NCBI GenBank assembly: GCA_029260905.1 | Contig: JAJDCH010000014.1 | Coordinates: forward strand, 24,129 to 88,128 | DNA from: Candidatus Levyibacteriota bacterium | GTDB lineage: Bacteria; Patescibacteriota; Microgenomatia; Levybacterales; UBA12049 | DNA length: 64,000 nt | Direction: 5' to 3' | Part shown: positions 19,574-28,224 of the stretch, one piece after another | How positions within the stretch are numbered: position 1 is the stretch's first letter | Layout: every line of letters starts with the position of its first letter | Notes under the pieces: model-generated | The model's database searches: none | Told to the model about the DNA's origin: nothing | Seen by the model: only the letters and a program-made list of their open reading frames with translations | Position numbers and translations under genes: made by a program

Positions 19574-19594
19574 AAAAAAACCCGCGTCAACGGG
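19574..19594 (-). terminator. Terminator of the riboswitch expression platform
   Basis: CCCG-TTGACG-CGGG followed by T7, just upstream of the ribE ATG. Confidence 0.75.
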
Positions 19595-19617
19595 GTGAAA
19601 CTCTGCCTAAGCAATTT

Positions 19618-19746
19618 GTCTTTCTTTTATCCCGACTGTACGGTCGCTATTGGATTTTCACCAATTCATGTCGCCTTAGACGACTCGTAGAGTTATCCCA
19701 TTGGGAATCACTACCGATTTGGACTTCCACCAAACCCCGAAAGAAC
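19618..19746 (-). ncRNA. FMN riboswitch (RFN element)
   Basis: TTCGGGG..GGTGGAAGTCC..TCGG...GGTGAAAATCC..GCGAC..GTCGGGAT pattern upstream of rib genes. Promoter TTGACA-17-TATTAT at 19781-19753. Confidence 0.88.
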
Positions 19747-19817
19747 AATATAATAATACTTAATCTGAAGCTATTTGTCAAATAAAAATCTATTTTGAAT
19801 TTAGTATAATTAAGAAA

Positions 19818-20483
19818 ATGTTTCCGCTTTCAGACTCAATCAAATCCAAAAGATTTCCTTTTCTTAATCTTGCTATTGTTGTTGTGACTGTATATGTATT
19901 TTTCAGACAGGTTATGACGCCAGACTTTGAAGCATTTATTTTCCAGTATGCGTTGGTTCCAAGACTTGTTGATTTCTCAAATTTTGAAACGTTTTTGCCG
20001 TTTATTACTTCAATTTTTCTTCATGGAGGATTTTTGCATTTGCTTTCCAATATGTGGTTTTTGATTGTTTTTGGAGACAATGTGGAGACGCATCTTAATC
20101 CAATAATTTTTTTATTTCTATATTTTGTTGCAGGAGTTGCAGGGGGTGTCAGTCAGTATTTATTGATGCCTGATGCAAACATACCAATGCTTGGTGCATC
20201 AGGCGCAGTTGCAGGAGTTCTTGGTTGCTACTATGTTCTTTTTCCTCATTCTAGGATAAAAACACTTGTCTTTATTTTGTTTTTTGTAACAATTGTAAAT
20301 ATTTCTGCCCCCTTTATGCTTGGTTATTGGTTCGTACTTCAGGTTTTGTCTGCGCTGAGTGCCGGATCCGAGCTTGCAGCACAGGGTGGAGTTGCATTCA
20401 TGGCGCATGTTGTTGGGTTTATAATCGGCGTTTTATTTGGAAATATATTTAGAGGAAAAAGAGATCAAGCTTTTGAAAAATAA
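19818..20483 (+). CDS. Rhomboid family intramembrane serine protease
   Basis: FLHGG..H...NM, GASG and AH..G motifs. Confidence 0.93.
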   Translation: MFPLSDSIKSKRFPFLNLAIVVVTVYVFFRQVMTPDFEAFIFQYALVPRLVDFSNFETFLPFITSIFLHGGFLHLLSNMWFLIVFGDNVETHLNPIIFLFLYFVAGVAGGVSQYLLMPDANIPMLGASGAVAGVLGCYYVLFPHSRIKTLVFILFFVTIVNISAPFMLGYWFVLQVLSALSAGSELAAQGGVAFMAHVVGFIIGVLFGNIFRGKRDQAFEK

Positions 20484-20542
20484 TATATTCGGGCTTTGGG
20501 CTTTGAATTAATCTTTAAAAATGCTAAACTAAATAAGTTGTA

Positions 20543-21802
20543 ATGAAATTTTTAAAGCTTCTTAAGAAACCCCTTGTATGGTTTAGGAAAACAAGAAAGA
20601 GAAATAAATTACTATCCATAATTGCTGTTGTGGTTGTAATTATTTTGCTAAATTCTATTGTTGCTGCAAATAAGAAGCCAGATTATGAAACAGATACTGT
20701 AAAAAGAGGAAGCATAACTCAAATAGTAAGCGAAACAGGAAATATAAAATCTGCAGGAAGAGTAGATGTACCAAGCACAACAACAGGGATAGTTGAAGAA
20801 ATCTATGTGGATAATGGCAATAGCGTCACAACTAGTCAAAACCTTTTTAAGGTTCGCGCTATTGCAACTGAGCAGGAAAAGGCTAGCGCTTATGCAGGAT
20901 ATCTCTCAGCGAAATCAACTCTAGATGCTGCTAATGCTACACTGTTTACTTTGCAGTCGCAGATGTTTGCTGCATGGGATAAGTACAAAGAGCTTGCAGA
21001 AAGCGATGAGTATGAAAATGATGATGGTACAGCAAAAACGCAACAGAGAACGCTTCCAGAATTTCATATCCCTGAAAAAGACTGGTTCGCAGCAGAAGCA
21101 AAGTTTAAAAACCAGCAAGCAGTTATCAAGCAAGCAGAAGCATCTGTAAATGCTGCATATTTATCTTATCAGGCAACTCAAAACTCAACTACCACTTCCC
21201 CTACCTCAGGTACAGTTGCAAACCTGTCTGTTTCAGTTGGCGACAATGTTCAAGCCGGAGGTAATGCTCAGGCAGCGCTTCTGACAGGGGTGAGCGCTAA
21301 GCCTGTTTTGACAGTTGCTGGTTTGTCTGAGAATTTTTCAGTTGAGGTAGTGTTGAATGAAACAGATATTCCTAAAATCAAAAAAGGTCAAAGAGCAAAG
21401 GTAGAGGTTGATGCACTTTCCGATAAAGAATTTGATGGGATTGTAGATCATGTTGACTCAATTGGATCAAGCAATAATGGCGTGATCACCTACAATGTAT
21501 TGATATCTCTCTTGGGTACGGATAGTGAAATTCGCTCAGGTATGACAACAGGAGTTGAGATAGAGGTAGAAAAGAAAGAGAATGTGTTGACAGTTGCAAG
21601 CTCTGCAATCAAGCCATATCAGGGTGGAAGAGCAGTTCGCGTCTACAATGAAAAAATCAAAAAAATTGAATTTAAATCTGTAAAGCTTGGAATTAAAGGA
21701 GATGGTAGAACTGAAATATTAGAAGGCTTGGATGAGGGAGAGGAATTGATAATTTCACTTCCAAATGAAGAAATATCACGACCAGGACTTTTTGGCAACT
21801 AA
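20543..21802 (+). CDS. MacA-like periplasmic adaptor (HlyD/MFP family)
   Basis: TM anchor, lipoyl halves, coiled hairpin and GMT motif. Confidence 0.88.
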   Translation: MKFLKLLKKPLVWFRKTRKRNKLLSIIAVVVVIILLNSIVAANKKPDYETDTVKRGSITQIVSETGNIKSAGRVDVPSTTTGIVEEIYVDNGNSVTTSQNLFKVRAIATEQEKASAYAGYLSAKSTLDAANATLFTLQSQMFAAWDKYKELAESDEYENDDGTAKTQQRTLPEFHIPEKDWFAAEAKFKNQQAVIKQAEASVNAAYLSYQATQNSTTTSPTSGTVANLSVSVGDNVQAGGNAQAALLTGVSAKPVLTVAGLSENFSVEVVLNETDIPKIKKGQRAKVEVDALSDKEFDGIVDHVDSIGSSNNGVITYNVLISLLGTDSEIRSGMTTGVEIEVEKKENVLTVASSAIKPYQGGRAVRVYNEKIKKIEFKSVKLGIKGDGRTEILEGLDEGEELIISLPNEEISRPGLFGN

Positions 21803-22497
21803 TGGCAGTAAAAACTCCACTCATAAAACTTGATAATGTAACAAAACGCTATCCCCTAGCAGATGGTGAATTTTATCAAGCGCTAAATGGCGTCTCTATG
21901 AATATAAAAGAGGGGGAATTTGTGGCAATCATGGGGCCATCTGGCAGTGGGAAGTCAACATTTATGCATATCATGGGTCTTTTGGATGTACCAAGTACTG
22001 GCAGATACTTATTGAAAGGAAAAGACATAGAATTATATTCCTCAGATGAATTAGCGGATATACGCAATAAAGATATTGGTTTTGTTTTTCAGTCATTTAA
22101 TCTTCTCTCTCGTACTACTGTTCTTAAAAATGTAGAACGTCCCATGATGTATGCTGGGATTTCTCAAGATGAGCGAACAAAGCGCGCGATGGATGCTCTC
22201 AGATTAGTTCAGATTGATAATAAAGCTGAGAATCTTTCAAATCACATTTCAGGAGGTCAAATTCAACGAGTTGCCATAGCTCGTGCCATGGTAATGAATC
22301 CTAGTATTTTACTTGCTGATGAGCCGACTGGAAATCTAGATACAAAAACATCAAAGGAAATAATGGAGCATATAAAAGAGCTAAATAAAAAAGGGACAAC
22401 TATAATTTTAATTACACATGAGGAAAACATAGCTGACTATGCAAAAAGAATTGTACGGATAGTGGATGGAAAAATAGTTGCAGATAGACAAAAATAA
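21802..22497 (+). CDS. MacB/LolD-type ABC ATPase
   Basis: GPSGSGKST, ISGGQ, LADEPTGNLD and THE motifs. Confidence 0.95.
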   Translation: MAVKTPLIKLDNVTKRYPLADGEFYQALNGVSMNIKEGEFVAIMGPSGSGKSTFMHIMGLLDVPSTGRYLLKGKDIELYSSDELADIRNKDIGFVFQSFNLLSRTTVLKNVERPMMYAGISQDERTKRAMDALRLVQIDNKAENLSNHISGGQIQRVAIARAMVMNPSILLADEPTGNLDTKTSKEIMEHIKELNKKGTTIILITHEENIADYAKRIVRIVDGKIVADRQK

Positions 22498-22499
22498 TT

Positions 22500-23711
22500 A
22501 TGGATTATAAAGAAATAGTTAAGACTTCGCTTCAGGTTCTCAGACGAAACGTCATGAGGACATCTCTAACTATGCTCGGAATCATAATTGGTATTACATC
22601 AGTAATACTTATTGTCTCAATTGGGCAGGGTGCTGTAAAGTTCATAACTGATGAACTTTCAACTTTTGGTACTGATTATTTTCAGATAAGTCCCGGGGCT
22701 GATCAGTTTAGCACACTTACGGGTTCGGATACCTTAACGCTTGATGATGTTGATGCAATAAAAACTGATCCATCGCTTACAAATGTTAATAAGGTTATCC
22801 CTGTTTCTCTTCAGTCAGCAAGGGTCACCGCCAATGATGAAGATGAAACAATTAATATATCAGGAACTACCACCGATGCTCCAGCTATCTTAAGGCCTGA
22901 AATACTCTATGGTGAATTTTTAAGTAATGAAAATAATACTGCCTCTGAGCATGTGGCTGTGATGGGTTCTGATGCAGCAGAAACTTTTTTTGGTGAAGAT
23001 ACAAATCCCACAGGTGAGCGGATAAGAATTAATGGTACGCCATACCTCGTGATAGGAGTAGCGCATTTTGAATCAGCCCTAGCAGGCTCTGTTCTTAGTA
23101 ATTCTATTTTTGTTCCTATTAATGTGATGTTTCGTGAGATACAGGGGCAAGAAAGAATACAAGAAATAAATGTAAGTGTCAAAAATACAGATGCTCTAAA
23201 TCAAACCATTGATGACGTGGAAGTGCTTTTGAGAGACAGGCATGATCTAGACGAAGATGAGGAAAATGATTTTCGTATATCTAGCGCGCAGGATATACTG
23301 AGCACGGTTGAGACAATTACAAGTCTTTTGACTCTTATGATTGCAGCAATATCTGGTATCTCACTAGTTGTCGGAGGAGTCGGTGTCATGAATATCATGC
23401 TCGTGTCAGTTACGGAGCGAACGAAAGAAATAGGGCTGTTGAAGGCAATTGGCGCCAAAGAAAAAGATATCCTGACTCAATTCCTGGTGGAATCAGTAGT
23501 AATGACAATGCTTGGTGGAATTATAGGAATAGTTTTTGGGGTAGCTGGTGCATTCGTAGTCTCAATTTTTGTAGGAATTCCATTTGTGGTCAGTCCTATT
23601 GCAGTCCTTCTAGCAGTTGGTGTTTCATCACTTGTGGGAATAGCATTTGGCCTCTATCCTGCGCGTAAGGCTGCCCGTCTCTCCCCCATCGATGCGCTGA
23701 GGTATGAGTAA
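22500..23711 (+). CDS. MacB/FtsX-type ABC permease
   Basis: RTSLTMLGIIIG, GVMNIMLVSVTERTKEIG and PIDALRYE motifs. Confidence 0.95.
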   Translation: MDYKEIVKTSLQVLRRNVMRTSLTMLGIIIGITSVILIVSIGQGAVKFITDELSTFGTDYFQISPGADQFSTLTGSDTLTLDDVDAIKTDPSLTNVNKVIPVSLQSARVTANDEDETINISGTTTDAPAILRPEILYGEFLSNENNTASEHVAVMGSDAAETFFGEDTNPTGERIRINGTPYLVIGVAHFESALAGSVLSNSIFVPINVMFREIQGQERIQEINVSVKNTDALNQTIDDVEVLLRDRHDLDEDEENDFRISSAQDILSTVETITSLLTLMIAAISGISLVVGGVGVMNIMLVSVTERTKEIGLLKAIGAKEKDILTQFLVESVVMTMLGGIIGIVFGVAGAFVVSIFVGIPFVVSPIAVLLAVGVSSLVGIAFGLYPARKAARLSPIDALRYE

Positions 23712-23777
23712 TGCGAGATCCTGAGTACGTTGAAGGATTAACGCGCTGAGATAAGAGTAGTGTTTGTTTCAATAATT

Positions 23778-24326
23778 TTAATTTGATTTAAGAAGTACCC
23801 AGTTTTTTGATACTTCGGGTACTGAGCAAAGATTGCGGTTAAAACAGCACGGGCGTCTCACGCCGTGGTTTAGCTTATCAAGCATGACTTCTATATGCTT
23901 TTGGCGCGTCTCAGGTGTCTTGACTGCTCTTACCCAGCGGATCCAGTCCCATCTAGCAAGAGGTGTGATATCTTTCCATAAAGCTTGTGCTTTTTGAGAA
24001 GTTGACAGAGCTTTCTTTACATCCGAGGGGACAACCGGTTCTATCCACTCTTTGGTTGGTTCAAGTGTGACTTGAACCATATCCCCTACCCTGGCTTTTA
24101 CCTGATCAAGAAGTTTTTTATCAGGAGCAAACCAGTGACTAGGTTTTGATCCCTGTCCATACCTCCCATCAGGTTCAAGGAGTGTTTTAAAAGGAACATT
24201 ATTTATCTTTCCCTTCACCATCGTCATCCCACGCGATGGAAGCTGAGCAGAAGAGTCTTCAGGCAGGTGAAGAATCGTCCAGTTGTTGATTTTAAATAGC
24301 TTGGTTTCAAAGTGAATAGCGGACAT
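23778..24326 (-). CDS. DUF1905 / YdeI-OmpD-associated domain protein
   Basis: LPSRG..VKG.IN N-domain and W..ITP.AR.DWIRW...K..ETR C-domain. Confidence 0.75.
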   Translation of the reverse strand: MSAIHFETKLFKINNWTILHLPEDSSAQLPSRGMTMVKGKINNVPFKTLLEPDGRYGQGSKPSHWFAPDKKLLDQVKARVGDMVQVTLEPTKEWIEPVVPSDVKKALSTSQKAQALWKDITPLARWDWIRWVRAVKTPETRQKHIEVMLDKLNHGVRRPCCFNRNLCSVPEVSKNWVLLKSN

Positions 24327-24360
24327 GAAGATATTATAGCAAAGTTAGAAAATGGGTTAT

Positions 24361-24507
24361 TGGGTGAGTGATAGTTCGACAGGTTCACATCTTTTTCAAG
24401 GTTCTTTAGCGACGTCTGACATCGCAATACTAAAAATATATAAAACATGTCGCGTCATACGCGATCACGTCTGCACGGGCGAAGCCACGTTTGACGTGGG
24501 TGAGTGA
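24361..24507. repeat. 11-bp direct repeat of the tRNA-His 3' end flanking a short hairpin-rich segment
   Basis: TGGGTGAGTGA at 24361-24371 and 24497-24507. Confidence 0.6.
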
Positions 24508-24571
24508 CGGGGATCGAACCCGCGGCATCCAGCTCCACAAGCTAGCGCTCTACCACTGAGCTACACCCACC
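24497..24571 (-). tRNA. tRNA-His(GTG)
   Basis: Anticodon arm CTAGC-TT GTG GA-GCTGG; encoded G-1 and C73. Confidence 0.95.
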
Positions 24572-24575
24572 ATGA

Positions 24576-24645
24576 TTAAATTCTAGTTTCTAAAAAAATT
24601 TCTTCTGTACCTGTCTTAAAATATTGTTCTCTTTTATATGCATTT
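24576..24645 (-). pseudogene. C-terminal remnant of a small GIY-YIG nuclease
   Basis: Translates to AYKREQYFKTGTEEIFLETRI*, resembling the A..RE..(F/L)K(T/S)G C-terminal helix. No GIY motif upstream. Confidence 0.5.
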
Positions 24646-24843
24646 GCATAAATGTATCTACCCACTGACTTCTCCCGCAAGCGGGCGGGGCTACACCTAT
24701 CAAAGCAAATGTAATTATATCAATTTCGCGTAGAAGATAAAAGCAGTATATATTACTAATAGCTTTTACTTATTATTTCAAGTTTTAGTATAGTCATTTG
24801 CTAATTGACATTAATTTTGGTTGATTTTATAATTAATTTAAAA

Positions 24844-25329
24844 ATGATAACTGAAAAAGGTACTTCGCTTGTTAAAATAGGATTTTGGGAAAAACAGGTT
24901 CTTTTTGACGCGAGAGTATTTTCAATGCCTCTTAGAGCTAGATGGCAAATTAATGAAAGGTTGGGCTTGGAAAGTCCAACAGATAGAAAATTAGCTGCAT
25001 ATTGTTTCAGAGAATATCAACTTAGACAGAATAGCTTATCGATGGGTAGAAATTTATCTACGATAAGAATGTCTAGCTTTAAAAATTTAGTTGATGAAAA
25101 AGAAAGAATAGAAAATCAGATTATCGAATTGGCTCATATCACGGATTTATTTGTTCAGAATAATTATTCTTCCCAATCCAACAGGCCAAATCTGATAAGG
25201 CAGGCAATCAGTAATTTAGTTACTTCTGGTACTCAACGGGATGAGCAGGAAAGAGTTGCTTTTAGGCTTGAGAGATCGATGCTCTCCACATGGGGTACTG
25301 AATGGAAAACTAGACTAGCTGAAGCTTAA
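24844..25329 (+). CDS. Hypothetical protein
   Basis: Open frame after a perfect TTGACA-17-TATAAT promoter (24805-24833). Confidence 0.55.
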   Translation: MITEKGTSLVKIGFWEKQVLFDARVFSMPLRARWQINERLGLESPTDRKLAAYCFREYQLRQNSLSMGRNLSTIRMSSFKNLVDEKERIENQIIELAHITDLFVQNNYSSQSNRPNLIRQAISNLVTSGTQRDEQERVAFRLERSMLSTWGTEWKTRLAEA

Positions 25330-25399
25330 TTTTTGACCTCTTTTTATCTTCTTTGTCATCTTGTTTTTCGTAAATTTTTTACATAAACTAATATTGCCT

Positions 25400-26767
25400 A
25401 TGTTTCCTGAAAAGATCATTCTTCATATTGATTTTGATTCATTTTTCGCAAGTGTGGAGCAGCAGAAAAACTCGCTTCTAAGAGGAAGACCTGTTGGCGT
25501 TACAGCAACCAATGGTAGAACGTGCATAATTGCCGCAAGTCGCGAGGCCAAAGCACTTGGTATCAAATCTCCCTCTCGTACATTTGATGCGAAAAGAATC
25601 TGTCCCTCAATTGTATTTGTGCCAGCTGACTTTGTTAATTACTGGAATATAAGTAAGAAATTTTTAAAGATTTGCAATAACTACTCCCCTGTAGTTGAGG
25701 TTTTTTCACTTGATGAGGTTTTTATGGACGCGACGCTTACGGCACCTCTTTTTGGCGGGGTTGAGGGTTTAATAAAAAAATTGAAAAAAGAACTGGCTCA
25801 GGAAATAGGTGAATACATCACTGTGTCTGTTGGTATTTCTCACAATAAAATACTTGCCAAGCTTGCATCAGGAATGAAAAAGCCTGATGGCGCTTTTGAA
25901 ATAAACAAAGAGAACCTGACAGATATTTATAAAAAGGCAAAACTTACTGATATTTGTGGCATAGGTAATAGGATTGAGGTGAGGCTCAATCAAATGGGTA
26001 TTTATAGTCTTGTCCAGCTTTCAAAATGTCCGTTAAATTATTTAATTGCTGAGTTTGGAGAATCTGAAGGAAATTTTCTTTTCAATGTTGGTCGTGGTGT
26101 TGATCAGAGCAATATTGTCCCGTATGCCCAGTTTCCAGGCGTTAAATCAGTGGGACGCAGCTATTGTCTGCCTGTTAATGAATATGATATGAGAAAAGCA
26201 ACTCAGAATATTTATGAGCTCTGTGAAGAGGTCGCGCTCAAATTGAGGAGGCTAAATAAAAAAGCACGCGGTGTAGGATTTTGTTTCAGAGGAAACAAGG
26301 ATATCTCAGGCAGGAAAACTTTTGGAACATACATGAATACAGGGAGGGAATTGTTTGAAGCATGCATGAACAATTTAAATTCTAATTTCCAATACCTAAA
26401 TCCTAAACAATTTCAAAAAATAAAATATAAAAATACAAAACAATTCGATAATTATAATTTTGAAAATTTAGATTTATTTAGTGTTTCTGGTTTGGAATTT
26501 AGGATTTTTGAAATAAAATATCTCCGTCAGATCAGTATTTGGACTTTTAGCTTGAAGAATGCAGACAGTGTGCCTTTATCTTTTTTTGAAACAGCAAAAT
26601 CACAAAAACTTCTTAAAACAATTGATATTTTAAATACCAAATTTGGTGATCATACGATCAGAAACGGATACCTTTTGGATGCTGATAAGCTGACAACTGT
26701 GCCAAACGGTTTTGGGGCTGATAGATATGAAAGGAAGAAATTGACTGATGAGAGTAGGCTGGTCTAA
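25400..26767 (+). CDS. dinB: DNA polymerase IV (Y-family)
   Basis: HIDFDSFFASVE, SLDE and AKLAS..KPDG motifs. Carries a ~44-aa low-complexity insertion in the little-finger region. Confidence 0.9.
   Translation: MFPEKIILHIDFDSFFASVEQQKNSLLRGRPVGVTATNGRTCIIAASREAKALGIKSPSRTFDAKRICPSIVFVPADFVNYWNISKKFLKICNNYSPVVEVFSLDEVFMDATLTAPLFGGVEGLIKKLKKELAQEIGEYITVSVGISHNKILAKLASGMKKPDGAFEINKENLTDIYKKAKLTDICGIGNRIEVRLNQMGIYSLVQLSKCPLNYLIAEFGESEGNFLFNVGRGVDQSNIVPYAQFPGVKSVGRSYCLPVNEYDMRKATQNIYELCEEVALKLRRLNKKARGVGFCFRGNKDISGRKTFGTYMNTGRELFEACMNNLNSNFQYLNPKQFQKIKYKNTKQFDNYNFENLDLFSVSGLEFRIFEIKYLRQISIWTFSLKNADSVPLSFFETAKSQKLLKTIDILNTKFGDHTIRNGYLLDADKLTTVPNGFGADRYERKKLTDESRLV
26377..26507. repeat. Imperfect inverted repeat with 7-bp periodicity, in frame inside dinB
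   Basis: Left arm AAATTCT-AATTTCC-AATACCT-AAATCCT-AAAC matches the reverse complement of the right arm at roughly 70% over about 40 nt (aligned by eye). Confidence 0.7.
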
Positions 26768-26786
26768 TTCTGCCAGCCTACTCTCA
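26749..26786. terminator. 14-bp-stem hairpin between convergent genes
   Basis: TGAGAGTAGGCTGG...CCAGCCTACTCTCA spanning the dinB stop codon. Confidence 0.65.
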
Positions 26787-26800
26787 AACCCTGTAATCTT

Positions 26801-27058
26801 TTAAGTTTTTCTCCTGCTAAACATCATGTAGAGCCATAGGAGTATAACTGATCCTAAAACTGCCACAAATGTTGAGTACAAATTAAATCCTGTGACTCCA
26901 GGCTCTCCAAACGCATTCATAATCATGCCACCGACGAAAGCGCCTATAATTCCAACAATAATATTTCCTAAAGCGCCTTGTTCTGCGTCATTTCCCATAA
27001 TTAGTGATGCAATCCACCCAGCAAGAGCGCCAAATATAATCCAAAGAATAAAATTCAT
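26801..27058 (-). CDS. GlsB/YeaQ/YmgE family membrane protein
   Basis: WIIFGALAGWIAS and NIIVGIIGAFVGG; Shine-Dalgarno AAGGAGGTGA. Confidence 0.9.
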   Translation of the reverse strand: MNFILWIIFGALAGWIASLIMGNDAEQGALGNIIVGIIGAFVGGMIMNAFGEPGVTGFNLYSTFVAVLGSVILLWLYMMFSRRKT

Positions 27059-27094
27059 ATGTTTTCACCTCCTTCCTTTTTTAATAAAGGCTAT

Positions 27095-27316
27095 TTATTG
27101 TCCTTTATTTACATTTACATCTACCTGATCCGGAACGTTTATCTGCGGAGTAGATGATTGAGTATTGTTTCCTATTGAATTACTGACATAAGGAATTCCA
27201 TAGAAAATAAAAATAATTGCAAAAATTATTATCAAAATAACCCCAAGCAAAAAGCCCATTCCACCTCCTGAATCATTATTTGTGGGTGTTGCTGGATTGT
27301 TAACTACTGTTGCCAT
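27095..27316 (-). CDS. Small single-TM hypothetical protein
   Basis: Strong SD AAGGAGGTGA; TM helix followed by PQINVPDQVDVNV. Confidence 0.75.
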   Translation of the reverse strand: MATVVNNPATPTNNDSGGGMGFLLGVILIIIFAIIFIFYGIPYVSNSIGNNTQSSTPQINVPDQVDVNVNKGQ

Positions 27317-27363
27317 CTAATATCACCTCCTTTCTGGTTTATGAAGCATCATAAGCTATGAGA

Positions 27364-27401
27364 GTAAGAGATAGATGAGGTGAAGGTAAGAAATAGATGA
27401 G
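27364..27401 (-). promoter_or_regulatory. Tandem direct-repeat operator with 11-bp period
   Basis: Minus strand reads CTCAT-N6-CTTAC-N6-CTCAT-N6-CTTAC; the 16-mer is repeated with one mismatch. Confidence 0.55.
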
Positions 27402-27403
27402 AG

Positions 27404-28216
27404 CTATTCTATGCTACAGACATATGAGCTTTCATCAATTATTCTTTCTCTTTCTTCATGTGTGAGAGGAAGGTTATTAAGAATAGATGGATCTTTACAA
27501 ATGTCTTTACACATGACAATGTGGTTATTGAGAAGATTTACTTTGTTTGCAGGCTTGAGACTAGAAAGAACTGTAATTGGATGAAGTCCTGACTGCTCAA
27601 TAAGGTCTCTTAACGATCCATTTTCAGGATAGTCCCAGCTTATGACTTTCATACCCTTACACATGGCATATGCTTTAACATCTGATGTTGCTTTTGTGTT
27701 TGTGACAATCCATGCATCGTTTAATTCAGCTCCTCTTTTTATATCATCAAATCGTGCCTTGGTGTAAAGCGCTACATGAACTTGAGAGCGAGTACCAGGA
27801 TTATTGTGAAATTTTGCCTCAATCATTGATCTTAATCCGTCTTTTTCAGCAATTACATCAATTTCATGTGCAATACATTCCCCCTGAAGAATTTGTCTTA
27901 TTTTTGTCTTGTAGCCTTGTGCTTGAAGAATATTTGCAATAAAATCTTCAAATGGATAACCACTTGGCCCCAAGTCCATAATTGCCTGCTTGAGACTGTA
28001 TTTGGATCTAGTGAAGGGCTGGGGAGATTTATCAAGATATTCAAGTATATGATGATATATCTCTTTGGTTGAAATATTATCATGAAGTCTTTCTTTTACG
28101 TGAATAAGTGTTTGGTCTTGAAGATTTTTGGGAATTCCTGCACGTTTTATAGAGGACATGACCTTTTCTTCACTAAACGGTTCTGTCTTTCCGTTTGCTT
28201 TTAGGACATTGGGCAT
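27404..28216 (-). CDS. ATP-cone plus Mrr-like PD-(D/E)xK endonuclease domain protein
   Basis: VLKANGKTEPFSEEK ATP cone; GYPFE and HEIDVIA...IEAK motifs. Confidence 0.8.
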   Translation of the reverse strand: MPNVLKANGKTEPFSEEKVMSSIKRAGIPKNLQDQTLIHVKERLHDNISTKEIYHHILEYLDKSPQPFTRSKYSLKQAIMDLGPSGYPFEDFIANILQAQGYKTKIRQILQGECIAHEIDVIAEKDGLRSMIEAKFHNNPGTRSQVHVALYTKARFDDIKRGAELNDAWIVTNTKATSDVKAYAMCKGMKVISWDYPENGSLRDLIEQSGLHPITVLSSLKPANKVNLLNNHIVMCKDICKDPSILNNLPLTHEERERIIDESSYVCSIE

Positions 28217-28224
28217 AATTTATA

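Noticed and set aside
23718-23738. Short ATCCT...AGGAT hairpin resembling a REP-like element after the permease
   Set aside because: Single degenerate copy with a 5-bp stem; too weak to call.
25360-25400. Possible LexA/SOS box upstream of dinB (GTAAA-ttt-TTTAC)
   Set aside because: Short AT-rich palindrome with no matching copy seen upstream of uvrA.
27364-27401. Direct repeats as a CRISPR array
   Set aside because: Only two 16-bp units with a 6-nt gap and no cas genes.
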